A program made the position numbers and the translations under genes. From assembly GCA_965112155.1 (NCBI GenBank), contig OZ218099.1: a stretch of DNA of 64,000 nucleotides; one strand, 5' to 3'. Below the pieces are notes generated by a model that saw nothing but the letters and a program-made list of their open reading frames with translations, searched no databases and had not been told where the DNA came from. Source of the DNA: Podarcis liolepis (Eukaryota). Below are positions 40,201 through 54,500 of this stretch, piece by piece; the first letter of the stretch is position 1, and each line of letters opens with the position of its first letter.

Positions 40201-43200
40201 TGTTAGCAAGGGGTGATGGGAGTTGTAGTCCCAAAAAACACCTAGAGGACCAAGTCTGGCCACCACTGGTTTAAAGTATAGCAAACTGAAACATCAGTAG
40301 GCATGTACCATCGGTAGGAGTTTGGTACAAATACATCAGTTGACCTAAATTACTCACGCAGACAACCATGTTCACTTTGTGGAAGCAGCTTCCTTTGGAA
40401 AGATGATGGTGCGTACAAAACTGCACCTAATTCTGTCAAACCATGGCAAATGCCCCTAGAAGAAGGCTAGCAATGATGCCACTGAAAGTGCTGCAACAGC
40501 ATGGGGATCTGCTATAGAAATGCAATGCAAGCAACTGGATGCAGATACAAATAGCCACCCTTAAAGGTAGTTGCATGTCTAAAGCAGGCTTAAATTTCGC
40601 TTTCGAAATGAGTCAATCATAATCTACATGGTATGTGAATTAACTTTATCTAGGAAATGACTTTTTCCCTGGACATATAGTGTAAAGCTTTCCCCTCTAG
40701 TTTCAGTAAAAAATAAATAAATATGTTCACGTGTGGAATGTATGACATAAAAATATAGATTTGGGTACTGGAATGCATTTGGGCATCCTGTTTGACTGTT
40801 GTTTGCTCTTCCTAATGGTCATGCCTGAGCAGAAAGGAGGCAGCTTCTTCATATTATGCTAAACTATAGTTAAGTGTGATGTCCAAATGTGGCCAAAGTA
40901 AAAATGAATTACTATTATTCTAATAAGTTTGGGTCAACATTCCAGCTTATCCTTTTATCACCTTCGCTTTAAAAACAGAAACAAAAACCACTTGTACCAT
41001 GTAGTTTCCTGATTATCAACTATGACACATAGTTCCAATGTTTGGGGCTTTTTAGCTCATGCAAAAGGCAATTGGGGCATGTGAAACAAATTACGTATGG
41101 TGTCGAGAAACTGGATAGTCTCACAGTATTAGAACCCGGGATAATCCATTGAAGCTGAATGGTAGGAGATTCAAGACAGACAAACTTCTTTACACAGTGA
41201 TTGATGCCACCCTGGATAGCTTAGAGGGTGAATGGACAAATTCATGGAGCATAAGACTATCAATAGCTGTACTGTACATTATCTCCAATCTCCAATATGC
41301 CTCTGAATACCAGTTACAGGGGAACAGGAGAGTGCTAAGGAACTTCTGTTTTGCTTGTGGGCTTGGCCACTATAGGAACAGGATGCTGGCATTTAGCAAT
41401 ACCTAGCCAGCTCAAATACAGTGGTACCTCTGGTTATGAACGCTTCTGATTAAGGATGCTTCGGGTTACCAACTCTGCTAACCCAGTAGTAGCTGCTCCT
41501 GGTTGCAAACTCTGCTCCAGGATGTGAAGGGAAATTGTGTGACGGAGGTGCGCACACAGCAGGAGGCCCCATTAGCAAAAGCGCGCCTCAGGATAAGAAC
41601 GGTTTCAGCTTAAGAACGGACCTCCGGAATGAATTAAGTTTGTAACCAGAGGTACCAGTGTGGTGTAGTGGTTAAGAGTGGCAGACTCGTAACCTGGGGA
41701 ACCGGGTTCGCGTCTCTGCTCCTCCACATGCAGCTGCTGGGTGACCTTGGGCCAGTCACACTTATCTGAAGTCTCTCAGCCCCACTCACCTCACAGAGTG
41801 TTTGTTGTGGGGGAGGAAGGGAAAGGATAATGTTAGCCGCTTTGAGACTCCTTAGGGTAGTGATAAAGCGGTATATCAAATCCAAAACTCTACCACTGTA
41901 TAAATAATTTGGTCCATAGGTTTTAGAGCACAGCGTTGACATTATAGTGTAAGCAATGGCAAAAGGGCAAATATTTGGTTTCTCTAGTCAAGTGCTCTAT
42001 CATCTAGACTTGGAAGCAGCACCAAATGTGTGGATTGGACAGTTAAAAATGAATACTGGTCCTGTTCCACCTAACAAGCACATACTGCAACCATGAAAGC
42101 TTGAGGGTGGGGGAGAAGAGTGATATAAAGGCCCCAGTATAGGGAAACCTTTCAACGTATATGAGCTGAGAAGGCGAAGAGGAAGTAAGCAAGAGCGGCA
42201 AGAGCTATGAGAGGCAAGAAGTATGGTCTGTGTGAGGATGGGAAGGAGTGCCAGTGTGCAGGGACGCTGCGGGATGCACCAGAGGAGAAAAGGAACCAAC
42301 AACAAAGACGGGAGGAACTGCAGGGAAGCAAGGGCAATTTCTATAGCTAAGGACCTTTGGGAATCTTGGCGTGCAGTAACAACTGTCATTTAAAATGCGC
42401 TTCAATGACAAGTTGATTTTTGACTTTTCATTCACTTCTTTACGTTTGAGAAAAAGGAGCCTTAAAATGAAAAGCAAAGCCAAACAAATATCTTGCTGAC
42501 TAGCAAGCGCAAGCGTGCCGACATTCAAATAACTGTCACTCGAAAGATACCTTACCTGTCTAGAAGAATTCAAGTTTTGCATGCCCAGCCCTGAGGCAAT
42601 CCCACCCAGGGTCTGATTAGGGAGTGCACTGTTTGAAAGGGGGAGCTTCAGGCTTGGTGAAGGCAAAAATGGTGAAGTAGTGGGCTCTTCCACTAGGCCG
42701 CCATCCTGATTGAAAAAAGAAAGGGTGAGCTGTGTGCAGTGTCCAGGTACAGACAGTGCACAGAACAGTTTCCCATGGAAATATAAGTGGAACATGGATG
42801 AATAAAAGTTCAAAATATTGTTTAAAAAGGCATGAGGAATATATAATGAAAAGTATGGGGTGGAAGGGAGAAGAAAAAGAGAAACAGAATTTAGATACTG
42901 TTTGTCTTTACTTTTCGCTTTGCATTTTGTAAATCTATAACTGAACAGTATTCTGTAGTATGAAAAATGGCAGGCACAAAAAGGGATGCTTCTTGTAACA
43001 TTTTAAAAATAGGAATGTTACAGGGCAACCGATTCCTTGCCTCAAGAGGAATGGCAAGAACACCCACACAAGACAGACTTCTGTCTGATCATTACTTCCA
43101 TGCCCACTTCATTTCCTCTCTTTTCTCTCAATTACAAAATAAAACAAAAGGGGAGGGGTTGGAGGACAAAAGGACATTCAATTCTTCTGAAAAGCCTGAT

Positions 43201-44961
43201 TGCATTTTTGGAACACCGCCATAAGCCAAAGTGGAAACAGACTTATGAAAAAAGTTAAAAATTACAGGAGTTTCAGAAAGCTTTCTTCACTGATACTTTG
43301 GTAATATACATAATCAACAATTCCAATTTTAGGTAGTGTTCTAAATTGCAAATCAGCTGTTGAGAAAACTTGTTCCATTAATCTTCTGTGTCATCTACAG
43401 TTAGGTACATGACAGACATTAAACTATTTTTAAACATTAGCATAGTAATCAGTATGTAAACAAACATCTGCTATTGAATGCAGGTGTATAACAATTTATT
43501 TTTAAATCAGTTACCAATCTGAGGGATGAGGAAGACGACAAGGGGGCTGCTATGTTGACAGTGTCCTAGTCTGAATGCCATGTTTTAGAGCTAATTGGAA
43601 TTTTCAAAGAATTCTGTATTGTCAACTGCAGCCCCAAGCATATTCCAGTTTATATGCATATAAGTTTCACTGGCATGAGTAGGACGTGAATAAGTGGGCT
43701 GAATTTTGTGTCTAATTCTTCAGCTTTGTCATAGCATAAACAAAAACCAAATTGTAACCCACCCAACCCAACCAATTTCCACTTAAAAAATTCTTCAAAG
43801 TATTGGAAGCAAGAACATCCCATAAATTGGTGAGTTCATACGTAACACTTCTAATCCCTCAAGAAATAAGATTATCTCCTCCCTCCCTTGCATGCTCAGA
43901 GTCAATTAAGTTTTGAACCAGGCAAGCCATCACCTCAGTGTTGTCAAGCTGGTTTGTGCATATTCTCCAAACTATTACTGGAAATCACAACTTAAAGTTG
44001 GTTCCCGGTTCTGGTTTGAAGGTCAGCCACAAACCATAGTTTGCCGATTTGGATGAAATGGCAAACAACAATTTGCCTAAAAGATGGGAAGGAGGAAATG
44101 CCATACTAAAGAGGAAGGGGCTTGCACAAAGCTTATTCCCAATCATCCTAACCATGGTTTGGAAGATTGGACACATTATATGTGAAACAATCCAAAATAT
44201 CAAGAAGAAAACCTTACAGCAGAAGCTTTAGGTGGAAGAGGTTTGGGAAGTAATCTCATCTGTCTATGTCTGTCTAGGTGACCATCTTCCACTGACCTAA
44301 TTCTAGGGGTATTCTGCTCTTCCCCCAAAAATGTTTTTTTCTGTGTATAGCTAGTGTCTTTGGGGTTTAATGCAGGATAAACACAGTGGGCCAGTGTGGA
44401 CATAAGATAACTGTGATATAGTGTTACAAATTCCAACATTCATCAAGTGCCAGTTCAGAAACATCTGCTAATCACAATCCCTTGTTATGTCATACTCGAG
44501 AAAACACTGTGCAAATGCTAGTTAGTGAGCAAGCTGGTATCATAAACTACAATTAGACCCTGGGTTTGTCTGAACTAACCAGAGTTCTTAGAGTCTGAAC
44601 ATAACATAATGGTTAATTTAACATCAAAAGAGAAAGTTTTCAATCACCTCTTCTTGTATGCAAGAGGAGAAAAGGTAGAGTGCATAACTTGTGCATGTAT
44701 TCCCCCCCCTTAAAATGTTAAGTGGTATATTAATTATGTAAATAAACAAACATTGTACATGGTTCCTGGGGCTATTGGTTCCTCCCCTTCCTCATGGTTT
44801 CCCCCATCCTACTGACAACCTCACAGTATAATAATACAGATGCCTTCTGAAAACTTCTTTATTTCCACAAGCCTACCTAGATGTATAATTTATTTGGGTA
44901 TATTTGTTTTAATTTTATCTGTGTTTTATTGATAGTTATCATATTATGTTCACTGCTTAGA

Positions 44962-45012
<51 letters not shown>

Positions 45013-45476
45013 TGAACTGCAGCAATCCATGAAGTTGGCAATCAGCCCCACACATGAGCTCAAAGACCTAAGTACAGAGTGTAGCAGTTACAAGTTTCTT
45101 TAAATAAGAGGCTCAACCAGTGGGATATATGTTCTGAGACCCTCAGCTCACATGCGTACCTGCCTGTCTCAATCTCATTCTCCTCAACACAGCTAGACAA
45201 GTAGAACGATTAGGAAGGGAAGGAGCAGGTTATGTTGGGAGGCACTGAAAATCAATGAGAAAGGAATGAAAGTAAGTGATAAGAACAGGCATAGGCAGAC
45301 TCGGCCCTCCAGATGTTTTGGAACTACAACTCCCATCATCCCTAGCTAACAGGACCAGTGGTCAGGGATTATGGGAGTTGTAGTCCCAAAACATCTGGAG
45401 GGCCAAGTTTGCCTATGCCTGGACAAGAAGGACAAAGTGAGTCCTTGGTGAGGGGAAAGAGGCAACAGTAAGAGGG

Positions 45477-45513
<37 letters not shown>

Positions 45514-48500
45514 CTTACTTTTGAAACTGAACAGCAGGAGCCACAAGAAAAGAAGGTAGTGTGAGAAAAGGGGACTGCGAATTTAATCTGTGTGAGAGAG
45601 AACAGTGGAAGAGAAAGTGAATGTATGAGTATGGTGCATGCTTCTGTACGTGTGTGAATAGATGGCTGGGAATTTCCATGTGTGAAAAGAGAATGGTTTT
45701 TTTGTTGGGGTGAGGGGGAGGAAAACAGAGGTGTGTCTGCACACTTTGGGCTTTGGCCTTGCCCATTGCCCTCACATGGTCTTCAGTCACTTTTTCTTCC
45801 AATAAATGCAACTCTTCACTTATAAAAGGTTGTCCACCTCAATGCTAAGCTATTCTTTGGCATTACATCTGAACTGGCCTACATTTATGAATGTGCAGTG
45901 TATGTGCTGTGGAGCAATTAATATAGAAGTGAGAACAGGGGCTTCTATTGCTACGCTATGCCTGTCTGGAAGAACGTTAGTAAACAAAAGCATGTCTTTC
46001 CCGCCCCCACTGGTTTAGTATCACAGACTGCAGCAGGGTGCTGAGCAAAGGTTCTGCCCCTTGTGGAGCCAGATTATTCTCTGATGCTTAAATATCCCCT
46101 TCCGCAGGCAAATATTCTACAAGTAAAAGCCTGAAGTCATGTGGAAAAAAATCTCAATTTTGCTGTGTACTTTGCAAATAATTATAGCTTCACGAGTGTA
46201 TGCATGCTCTTTTGTTAACTTGCTAAAAGCAGTAATTTTACAGCTAATTTGCATCATCTTCCCACCCACTCACTCAGAAGACTATTAAGTGTCAGGGAAT
46301 AGCCCATGTTCCTAAAAAGGGTGAAATATTGTTCCATGCCAATCAAACATGAAATATCTGTGGAGTCCTAAATAAACTCCTGCTAATACAAGTTTTTCTG
46401 CCGGCTCCTTGTAGAGGCCCATGAAAAGTTTCTTTCTCATCAACCAATGTGATACTTAGTTTAGTGCTGGAAGGTCCTGAGGGAGGACACAGACATTTTC
46501 TAATCATATCCCCAAGGTCTTTCAGCTCAACATGTTTCACATTCTGCAAGAATATCCGTCATGCTCCACAAACTGCAGCTTGCATGACAGTAACAGGTTC
46601 AAGGATTTCTTCTGTTCAGGTCATGAGCTGTTTGCTATCCTTTCTTGCCTCTTAAGCAGGAATACTTTTCAGTGTCCTATATGTTCCTTCTGCTCAGGAT
46701 TGGTTTGCTCTAAAAACCAAGGTTCCTATTCACATACAAAATATTGTGGAATGCTTAAAAAGTCATTTGGTCTGAAGTTTGGCCTGAAGAAAGCTAGGAC
46801 ATAGCTGGAAGAAGGGAAAGCATTCCTCAGAAGGGGAAAGTGGCCTTAACACTTCAAAGGCCAAAGAAACAGAAATGAGAATGAAATGTTTTGTTGTGAT
46901 CCATAATCCATAGTCTGATCCACAACAGAACTTTCAAGTACTGCATTTAGGTGCAATCCACCCCCGCACCTTTATGTGCTAATGCCACATAATATTTATT
47001 TTTCCAAGTTATGCTCCTGGTTAACAAGAAAAACTTCCTGAAAGTGTCCTATACTAATGGAAAAGGAATTCTGAGCATTTTCAGACTCAAAGGAGCCCTT
47101 CTGTTCACCAGCGGGGCAAGTCTGGATGGAACACATGGTATTCATTTGTTGTGTTTGCAACCCTTAAAAACACAGAGAAGTGTGATACTGTACCTAGAAC
47201 TGTAAACTGTAGAAAAGCTGGTATTTTCATAAACAAATAAAGGCACTTGCTAAGCAATTAATAATTTTAGAAATAAAGTTGGGGATGCATATGATGATTA
47301 CTTTATCTTGATGTCTCAATTACAGACTCCAAAAGAAGTGTTCTTCCTGGATTCTTATTCTCTGGAGCATTACAAATTGCCATGGCCAGAGATGGGATTT
47401 TGGATGTGGTAGATGTGTCAGTGAAATGTTAGTGCATGTGGTGCCCTCCAGATGTTTTTATTCTACAGCTCGCATCATCCCTGAGCGTTGGCCATGCTGA
47501 CTGGGGCTGATGTGCTTTGGAGCCCAACAACATCTGGATGGCAGCCCATCGGTTGCTTCTGTACTAGAGGGTCTAAGGACAAACCTGTAAGAGAAGCTCC
47601 ATGTAGTGGCTGGGCCTTTTTTAATTATTAAATGTATTTGGGAAAGTTTAAAATCTATTACTGGTGTCTCTCGATTACTTGGCAAAAGACAAGAGAAATA
47701 AATTATTTTTTTCATATTTCACATATCCACACTGCAAGAGGATGTCTCAGCTCAATATTGATTGTTTATATGGCACCACTGAGGTACAATACTGAGTATA
47801 AAAAAGATCTCTGCCTTATGGCAAGATTGGTAAACCTGTGGCTCTCCAGATGTTATTGGACTCCAAATCCCATCAGCTACAGGCAGCAGGGCCAGTGGTC
47901 AGGAATCATGAGTTGTAGTCTCAACAAGGTCTGGAGGCCCATAGGTTAGCCAGCCCTGCTAGAAAAGAACAGCTGGAAGCAGCAAGTGGCGATATTGTGC
48001 TAATGCCAAATGTCTACACCTGCAGATGAAATAGAACATCTCACTCTCCAGTAACTATGCTTTCTTTTACTAGTAAGCTAAGAAGTAAAGGGAGCAGACT
48101 CATGAGGCAAAACAGTACATTTACCTGCCCCACCCATATTTCCAGGTTAATCTAACTTTTATTGTTTCTTCCTACTCTGCTTCCCGAGTGCTGCACCTAC
48201 CTTGTCAAGGAAGGTGGGGCGGTCCATGGAAGACTCTTTGGAGATCGGTGGTGGGCGGCAGCCAAGGGGTTTGGTGACCATTCCATTGTAGTCAGCCACA
48301 CCCATTCCACGCTTGTCCATTTCCACCTTCTTTTCCAGCAGAGCACCTGCAAAAAGTAAACACAATATGAAGACACCAAAGAAAATGAGGGAAGACAAAA
48401 TGACTGTTGTACTGATACAACTACTGCTACACTCCCACTGATATTAATACACTTCATACTTGAAATTTAAAATGCATTTTGTCTTTTAAAACACTAAGAT

Positions 48501-51500
48501 TGGCACTTGATAATTTACAACCAACTCGATCCTTTGATATAATGCTGCTGGGAAAAGTGATGCGAATTTCATTGTAACAGATCAACCCCCGCAGATGTCT
48601 ATTTCAGTTACAAAAATACTTACTCATGGCCTGATCTAGATTCATACTGTTACTCTTCAAGGCCTCTTCTGCTGGCTCTCTCTGTAAAAATGAGAAATTG
48701 CGTTTTTTCACAACTATGAAACACAATGTAGATTTTACAAGAACTGTAAAACAGGTGCAAGGGGAGACATACCTAGAGCTTTCAAACCATTCAATTGGTT
48801 GAAACAGGAATTTTGCAATCAAGTCAGTAATATATATGTAAAATTTGGAGCGAGATGGATTTGCTAGGAGCCATGATTCGGAGCACCTTACAGCAACTAC
48901 CTCCTCTCTTAAGACATCATAATCTGACATGCTGATTTTGGCTGAGACTTATGCGAGCTTGGGTGCAGCAGCATCTGGGGGGCTACAGGTTCCTCATCAC
49001 TGCTTAACACCATGAAGACAAAGCCAGAGGAAATACTAGCACATGAATATTCCTGGACTAGAACCACATGATGGATGAGCTAGAAATTTAATAAATAAAT
49101 AAACCAAATGTTACTCACTGGGAAGCCCATGTCTGTGAGCTGTTTTATCAGACGGTTCATGATCCAGGCCTCATCTTGCTTACTAGATGTCTTCATGCCC
49201 TGAGAAAATTAATTAAGAGGAAAAATGGAAAACTTTTAAACTAGAACACCCTACACCCAATTTAATTCAACAGGACTTACTTCTAGGTAACAGTGTATAG
49301 GACTGCAGTCTAAATTTCTTTATTTGTCATATTTATTGCAGGGAAAGAGAATGAAAATCCACATAAAGTCTTTCCATCTAAATATTGCATGAATGTGAGA
49401 CAGCTTGGGTGCAATGTTAAACCATTGTATAGTGTTGCGTTAGGCAACATGGTGCCCTCCAGATGTTATTGGACTACAAGTCCCATTAACCCCAGCCAGT
49501 ATGGCCAACGGCAGGGGATGATGGAGGTTGTAATCCAACAACATCTGGAGGGCACCACATTGTCTACCTCAGATATACTACTACATGCACGAGCTGTGGC
49601 ATGTTTTGGGTTCACACCAGAGGGGGAACTATGTTTCTTCTTGTCAGAAAAGCAGTTTGGATATAAAGAAAATATATTAGTCTATGGTTAAGCATGGCTG
49701 GGCATCACATCCACAAGTTGCAGCAAGTCTCTCTTTTGTGCAAAAGTAGAAAAAGTAGGGAACGTCTGTTTTTGATTTTTAATTAACCAGTTCCCTGGTT
49801 AGTTTAGACTTGTTAGCTCAAATAAGCCAGGATCAAACAATGGTTTCTGATCCTGGCTTGTTCACTAACTAGAAATTTTGCCACCTAGAATTCCTTAAGT
49901 GTGGATGCAAGGAGGAACTCAGGTTACTTTAAAGCTGGAAGTGGAGGCTTTCAGGTTTACACAAATCTTATACAATCAGCTGAGAAAGATTCCTACTTTC
50001 TACCTTATTTGTTGGACAGCAGAGAAATAGCTTATCACACTTGTTAGCAAGCAGACATGCATTATGACCTGTAAACCTATTGTGTCCCTTATTTGTCAGA
50101 ACTCATTCTGACTATGTGGTCTTTGCATAAATGTTGAAATCCTGCAAAAATCAGATCTGTTTGTAAAGAACACGTGATTGACATCTACAGCAGGGTGCAA
50201 AGGAATCTGTTAGGCAGGGCCATAGCATATCAACTGATTCTCTAGTCCATTCCAGCTTTCCAACACCATTTGAACAAGACAAGTGATGGTAACTACAGGA
50301 TAATAATCTTATTGTAGTGCTTTTTGAAAATGATGACTTTCATACTTTCATAAAACAATTTGATAAAGTATATAAAAAAAAGTGCACGTACCATCTCATC
50401 TTACTGATTTTTATAACCCAGCTGTGCTTAGTCTTACCTTTTGAAGTCCTTTCTTTGGAGCATTTCCCCAGGAGCTACAAGAGGAATTACTCTCTTGTGA
50501 AGCAGTATTATTCCACATATCTCCTTCTTCATCTTCCCACTGACTTGTACTGAGATTTACTTCATCTCCACCACCGCCCCAGCCTTCTTGCATAGAAGAT
50601 TTAGAAGCTGTAGGAGGAATGGAACATTTCAGTTGACCTTCCTATACTTTAAAATCAATGGGCTTCGTTTGCATGTATCAATCAAGACTTAGCACAAACA
50701 TGTGGGATCTCGCTGAGATGGCAGCAACCACTTTGCTCCTCCCTCCAGCACTGCTGCACCACTGTGAACCAAATCATGGATTGGCTTAGTGGCTTATTCA
50801 TCTGAACCTAGGCCTTTGATGTGTCTCATTCCAGACAAATCATGAATGAAAAGTTTTTGCTCAGAGTGAGAAAAACCACGAGCCTGGGTTCAGGAAACAC
50901 ACTAGGCCAAATCACAAGAAGCTGACAGCAGGAGTAATGTGGCCACTAGTTCCTCTCTAGGACCCCAGACGCTCAGGTCACACTAAGCATTATGTGCGAG
51001 TCAATGTATTTGGAAATTTTGTCGAGCTTGTTCTGTATTTTACTATTTGGAGAGCTTATGTCTGAATTAATAAAAAGAGCATAGGTTATACATGTTGGCC
51101 TGTTGTTGGTTGTACAAGTGATCAAGCAGAATACCTGTTTAAGCTAAAAAAAAGGTTATCTATATGAAAACAGAGCTATAATTCTTCTTGCCAACTCAGC
51201 CAAGACAAATCAACACACACACTTACCTGGTTTGCACAGTACTGGGGCAGCAGCTGGTGCACTTGCTCTTCCATATGACCCTGCTGACTCAGCAGAGTTA
51301 TCTCCCCACCCTGTACCACTGCTGGGAGGCTTTCCCCATGCTGAAGTGCCATTATCAACTGCAGCAGAAGGGGAGGAAGGCTCTCCCCATGAAGCTTCAG
51401 GCTTTGCATGGATAGCAGGCATCTCTCCCCAGCCTGCTGAAATCAGAAATGGGGGGGGGGGGAGAGACATGGTTAGAGGAAACAAAGAAACATAAAATCA

Positions 51501-51528
51501 ACTTTTCAGAATACATTTACAGAAAGCG

Positions 51529-51559
<31 letters not shown>

Positions 51560-54500
51560 CATACATAACTAGCTATGGACAACTTTTAAACATGAAGCAA
51601 TTGGGGGAGAGAGGATTTAATTAAGACAAACCCATTTCATTTCCTCTTCAAGGAAGAATATACCTGTGCACAGTAAGAATAACTTGCTGAAATTGTGAAG
51701 GAAGTGGTGCCTGCATCATAATAAGAAACAGCACCTGTGGATTCTTTTGGATGACTGAGTCACAAGCATTCCCTACCTCCTACAAAATGCCAATTGATTA
51801 TGATAATAAGACACATCAGATCAGATAAATGAATATGTAGACACCATAGTGCCCTCCAGATGTTATTGGATAAACTGCCAGGGGCCGATGGGAGATGGAC
51901 TCAAACAATATCCGGTAGGTACTATCTTGGCTACACCTGGAATAATGCATGTCTTGATAACACATATGAAGCAGTTATTAAATCTGGGAACTAAAACCAA
52001 AGTGATTTTTAAAGAAATTAGATGACTGGAGCACATACTGAGTATGCCTTGATTAGATCCAGAGCAATAGGTTACTATCACAGTGACAGAGTGTTGTGTG
52101 TTTTACAAGGATAACATGGTCACTGGAGGAAGGAGTAAACATGAGAAAAGTAATTTGCAACTTGAGATCAGATAATAAACAGAGTTTGCATGCAGTGACT
52201 ATCAAAATTATTATTGTATGATATAGAGAAGACTCCCCCAGCTTTCCCTTATTGTTATGAGCTGTCCAAAGAACACTGTCGTTGGGCAGCATGCAGATAC
52301 TGTAAAAAAAATGAAACAAAAGTCCCTGATCAGGAGCCAAGGATGAACAAAGTTGGCTATGGAACATGGTCAGTGGTATCAAAAGTGGATGACAGAGCAG
52401 AAGTGGCAGAGTTGCTCTTCCACTGTCCCAATGAAGGTTGCCTTTCCCATACACAGTAACCCCACACATTGAAAACAGCTCCTCCATGCTACAACTAGGC
52501 TTGAAAACACTGTAGCCAACCAAGAGCTGTTTTCAAGCATAAATGCTGCATTGGGCAGCTGCAGCTGGGGAGAGGTTAATCCTCCCCATCTTTAGTGTTC
52601 ATGGTCACCTTTGGCAATTTGGTTTGAAACAAGTTGAAATGCTTTCCCAAAAATAGTTGCTGGGGGAGTGATGCATGTATGCTATGCGTATACTATATGA
52701 CCATGTGTGTTATGTGTGAGAATGTGGGGTGGTTGCAGGAAGATCATCGTTACAATCCACATTTGCTCATCCCTTTACAGAATTCTGTCTATCATTCACC
52801 ATTATCCTCGGTTTCTTACAGCTGATGTATCTTTGTTTAGGGTGGCTTTCTGTAATGTACCGGTAAGAAGCTTTGAGGCAGAAAAAAGGTCCTGCACCCA
52901 AACAGAAACATAGTAATTGCTCTGAACCATCCTACATTCCTAAACAGCTTGTAAGCTGACTAGGAGTTGGCATCTTAATGATCAGCCCTTCCTTCTCTAG
53001 TAAAATCCTCCTGCTTCTTGTCCAAAAGGAACCTTTACCACAGGAGGCAACGCTGCAAGGTCAAACGTCATGCTGCTGTTTACCAAAGCCCGTCTCTAAT
53101 GCAGTAGGTCTGGCTTGGTTAATCACAGACAGCATACATCATTCCACTAATCACCTGGCCGCTAGCCAATAGTGGAGGAAAAATCACTTGTTAGCTTTGG
53201 GTCTCAGACCTGTCTTTTTTAAGATAAGTCTTCTCTAAGAGCTGCAGCATATTGAAGTAACGTGATTACGGTAATTTTAGATTCTTATTTTGAATTTATT
53301 TTCACGGCAGACTTCAAAAGATCAGATTCTGATCTTCTCTTATTCAGGGACAAAGAGAAAGAAAATTAAGGCAGAGCTATCTAAAAAATAACATTTGTTA
53401 ACTGTGTGTGATCTGGGAGCTGTGGTATTGGAAGGTGTTTCCCCATGAGTTTGGTTCAAATCCTTGTTTAATGTTCAAATGGGCAAGTCTTTATCTCCAG
53501 GTCTGTGTGTAAAAACAGGAGTTACCTCAGGGGTATCCTTGCTGTAAGGATATCTAATGGGGGAGGGAAACCTCTGGCCCGTGGGCCAAATTTGGCCTGA
53601 CATGGGTTCCAATTTGGTCCCCGAGGCCAACTTCCCCAAATCATGGCCACCTGCCCTATGTATGTGACACCAGGTGTGGGGCAGGTAGAGATGTGGCTGG
53701 ACTGTTTGGGAAGTGTCAAGGTGCTTTTGCCTGCTTTTGTGTGGGGTAGGGGTGGTTCTGAGCATTGCCAGGTTGTTTTCTGTAACCTGGGTATTTTGTA
53801 GTGCTCACACCAGTTCTTAGATTTCCATATGTGCCCTTAGGCTCAGAAAGGTATATTGTGTAATACACTAAGACAAGGGTAGTCAGTGTGGTGGACTGCA
53901 ACTGCTTTTATTCTTGACCACTACACAGACTAGTTAAGCTAATAGGAGCTACTCCTGCTCCAAGGTATTTTATGGGAGTGAAGCTAACTGCAAAGACTGT
54001 GGAGGAGCTACACTAAGGCTGTGGAGGAGCTACTGGGACTAGCGAGAGGAGGGGAGGACCTGTGAAGTAGCAAAAGGAGGCAAACAGCCTAAGATAGGAA
54101 CATAGAAAAGGAGAGAACTGAAGAGTGGATGCCGGATGGAGGTGTTTGTGTAGTGGAGACTGGAGAAAGAATAGTCTGTTCATAAGGCATGGGGAGCTTC
54201 AGAGATAAGGAAATATAAAGTTGAAAAACAGATTTGAAATAGCCAGCCCAATCTTTGGCTGGATGCCTCTCACGTGGAGTTAAAAGGCTTTCCCTCATTT
54301 CTGCCTTCATCCTGTGGTCATATATTGACATACATGTTGGCATAGAAGAAATTAAGTCTCATTAATTATTAGAAAGGAAGCTAGAATGCACAATTTAAAG
54401 AGCTCTGAGTCTTTGCAACAGTACATTTAACCTCAAGCTGAATACTGCAATTTCCACTGCAACATGTATTCATTTATTAAGTACAAAGAAAGAGGGACCA

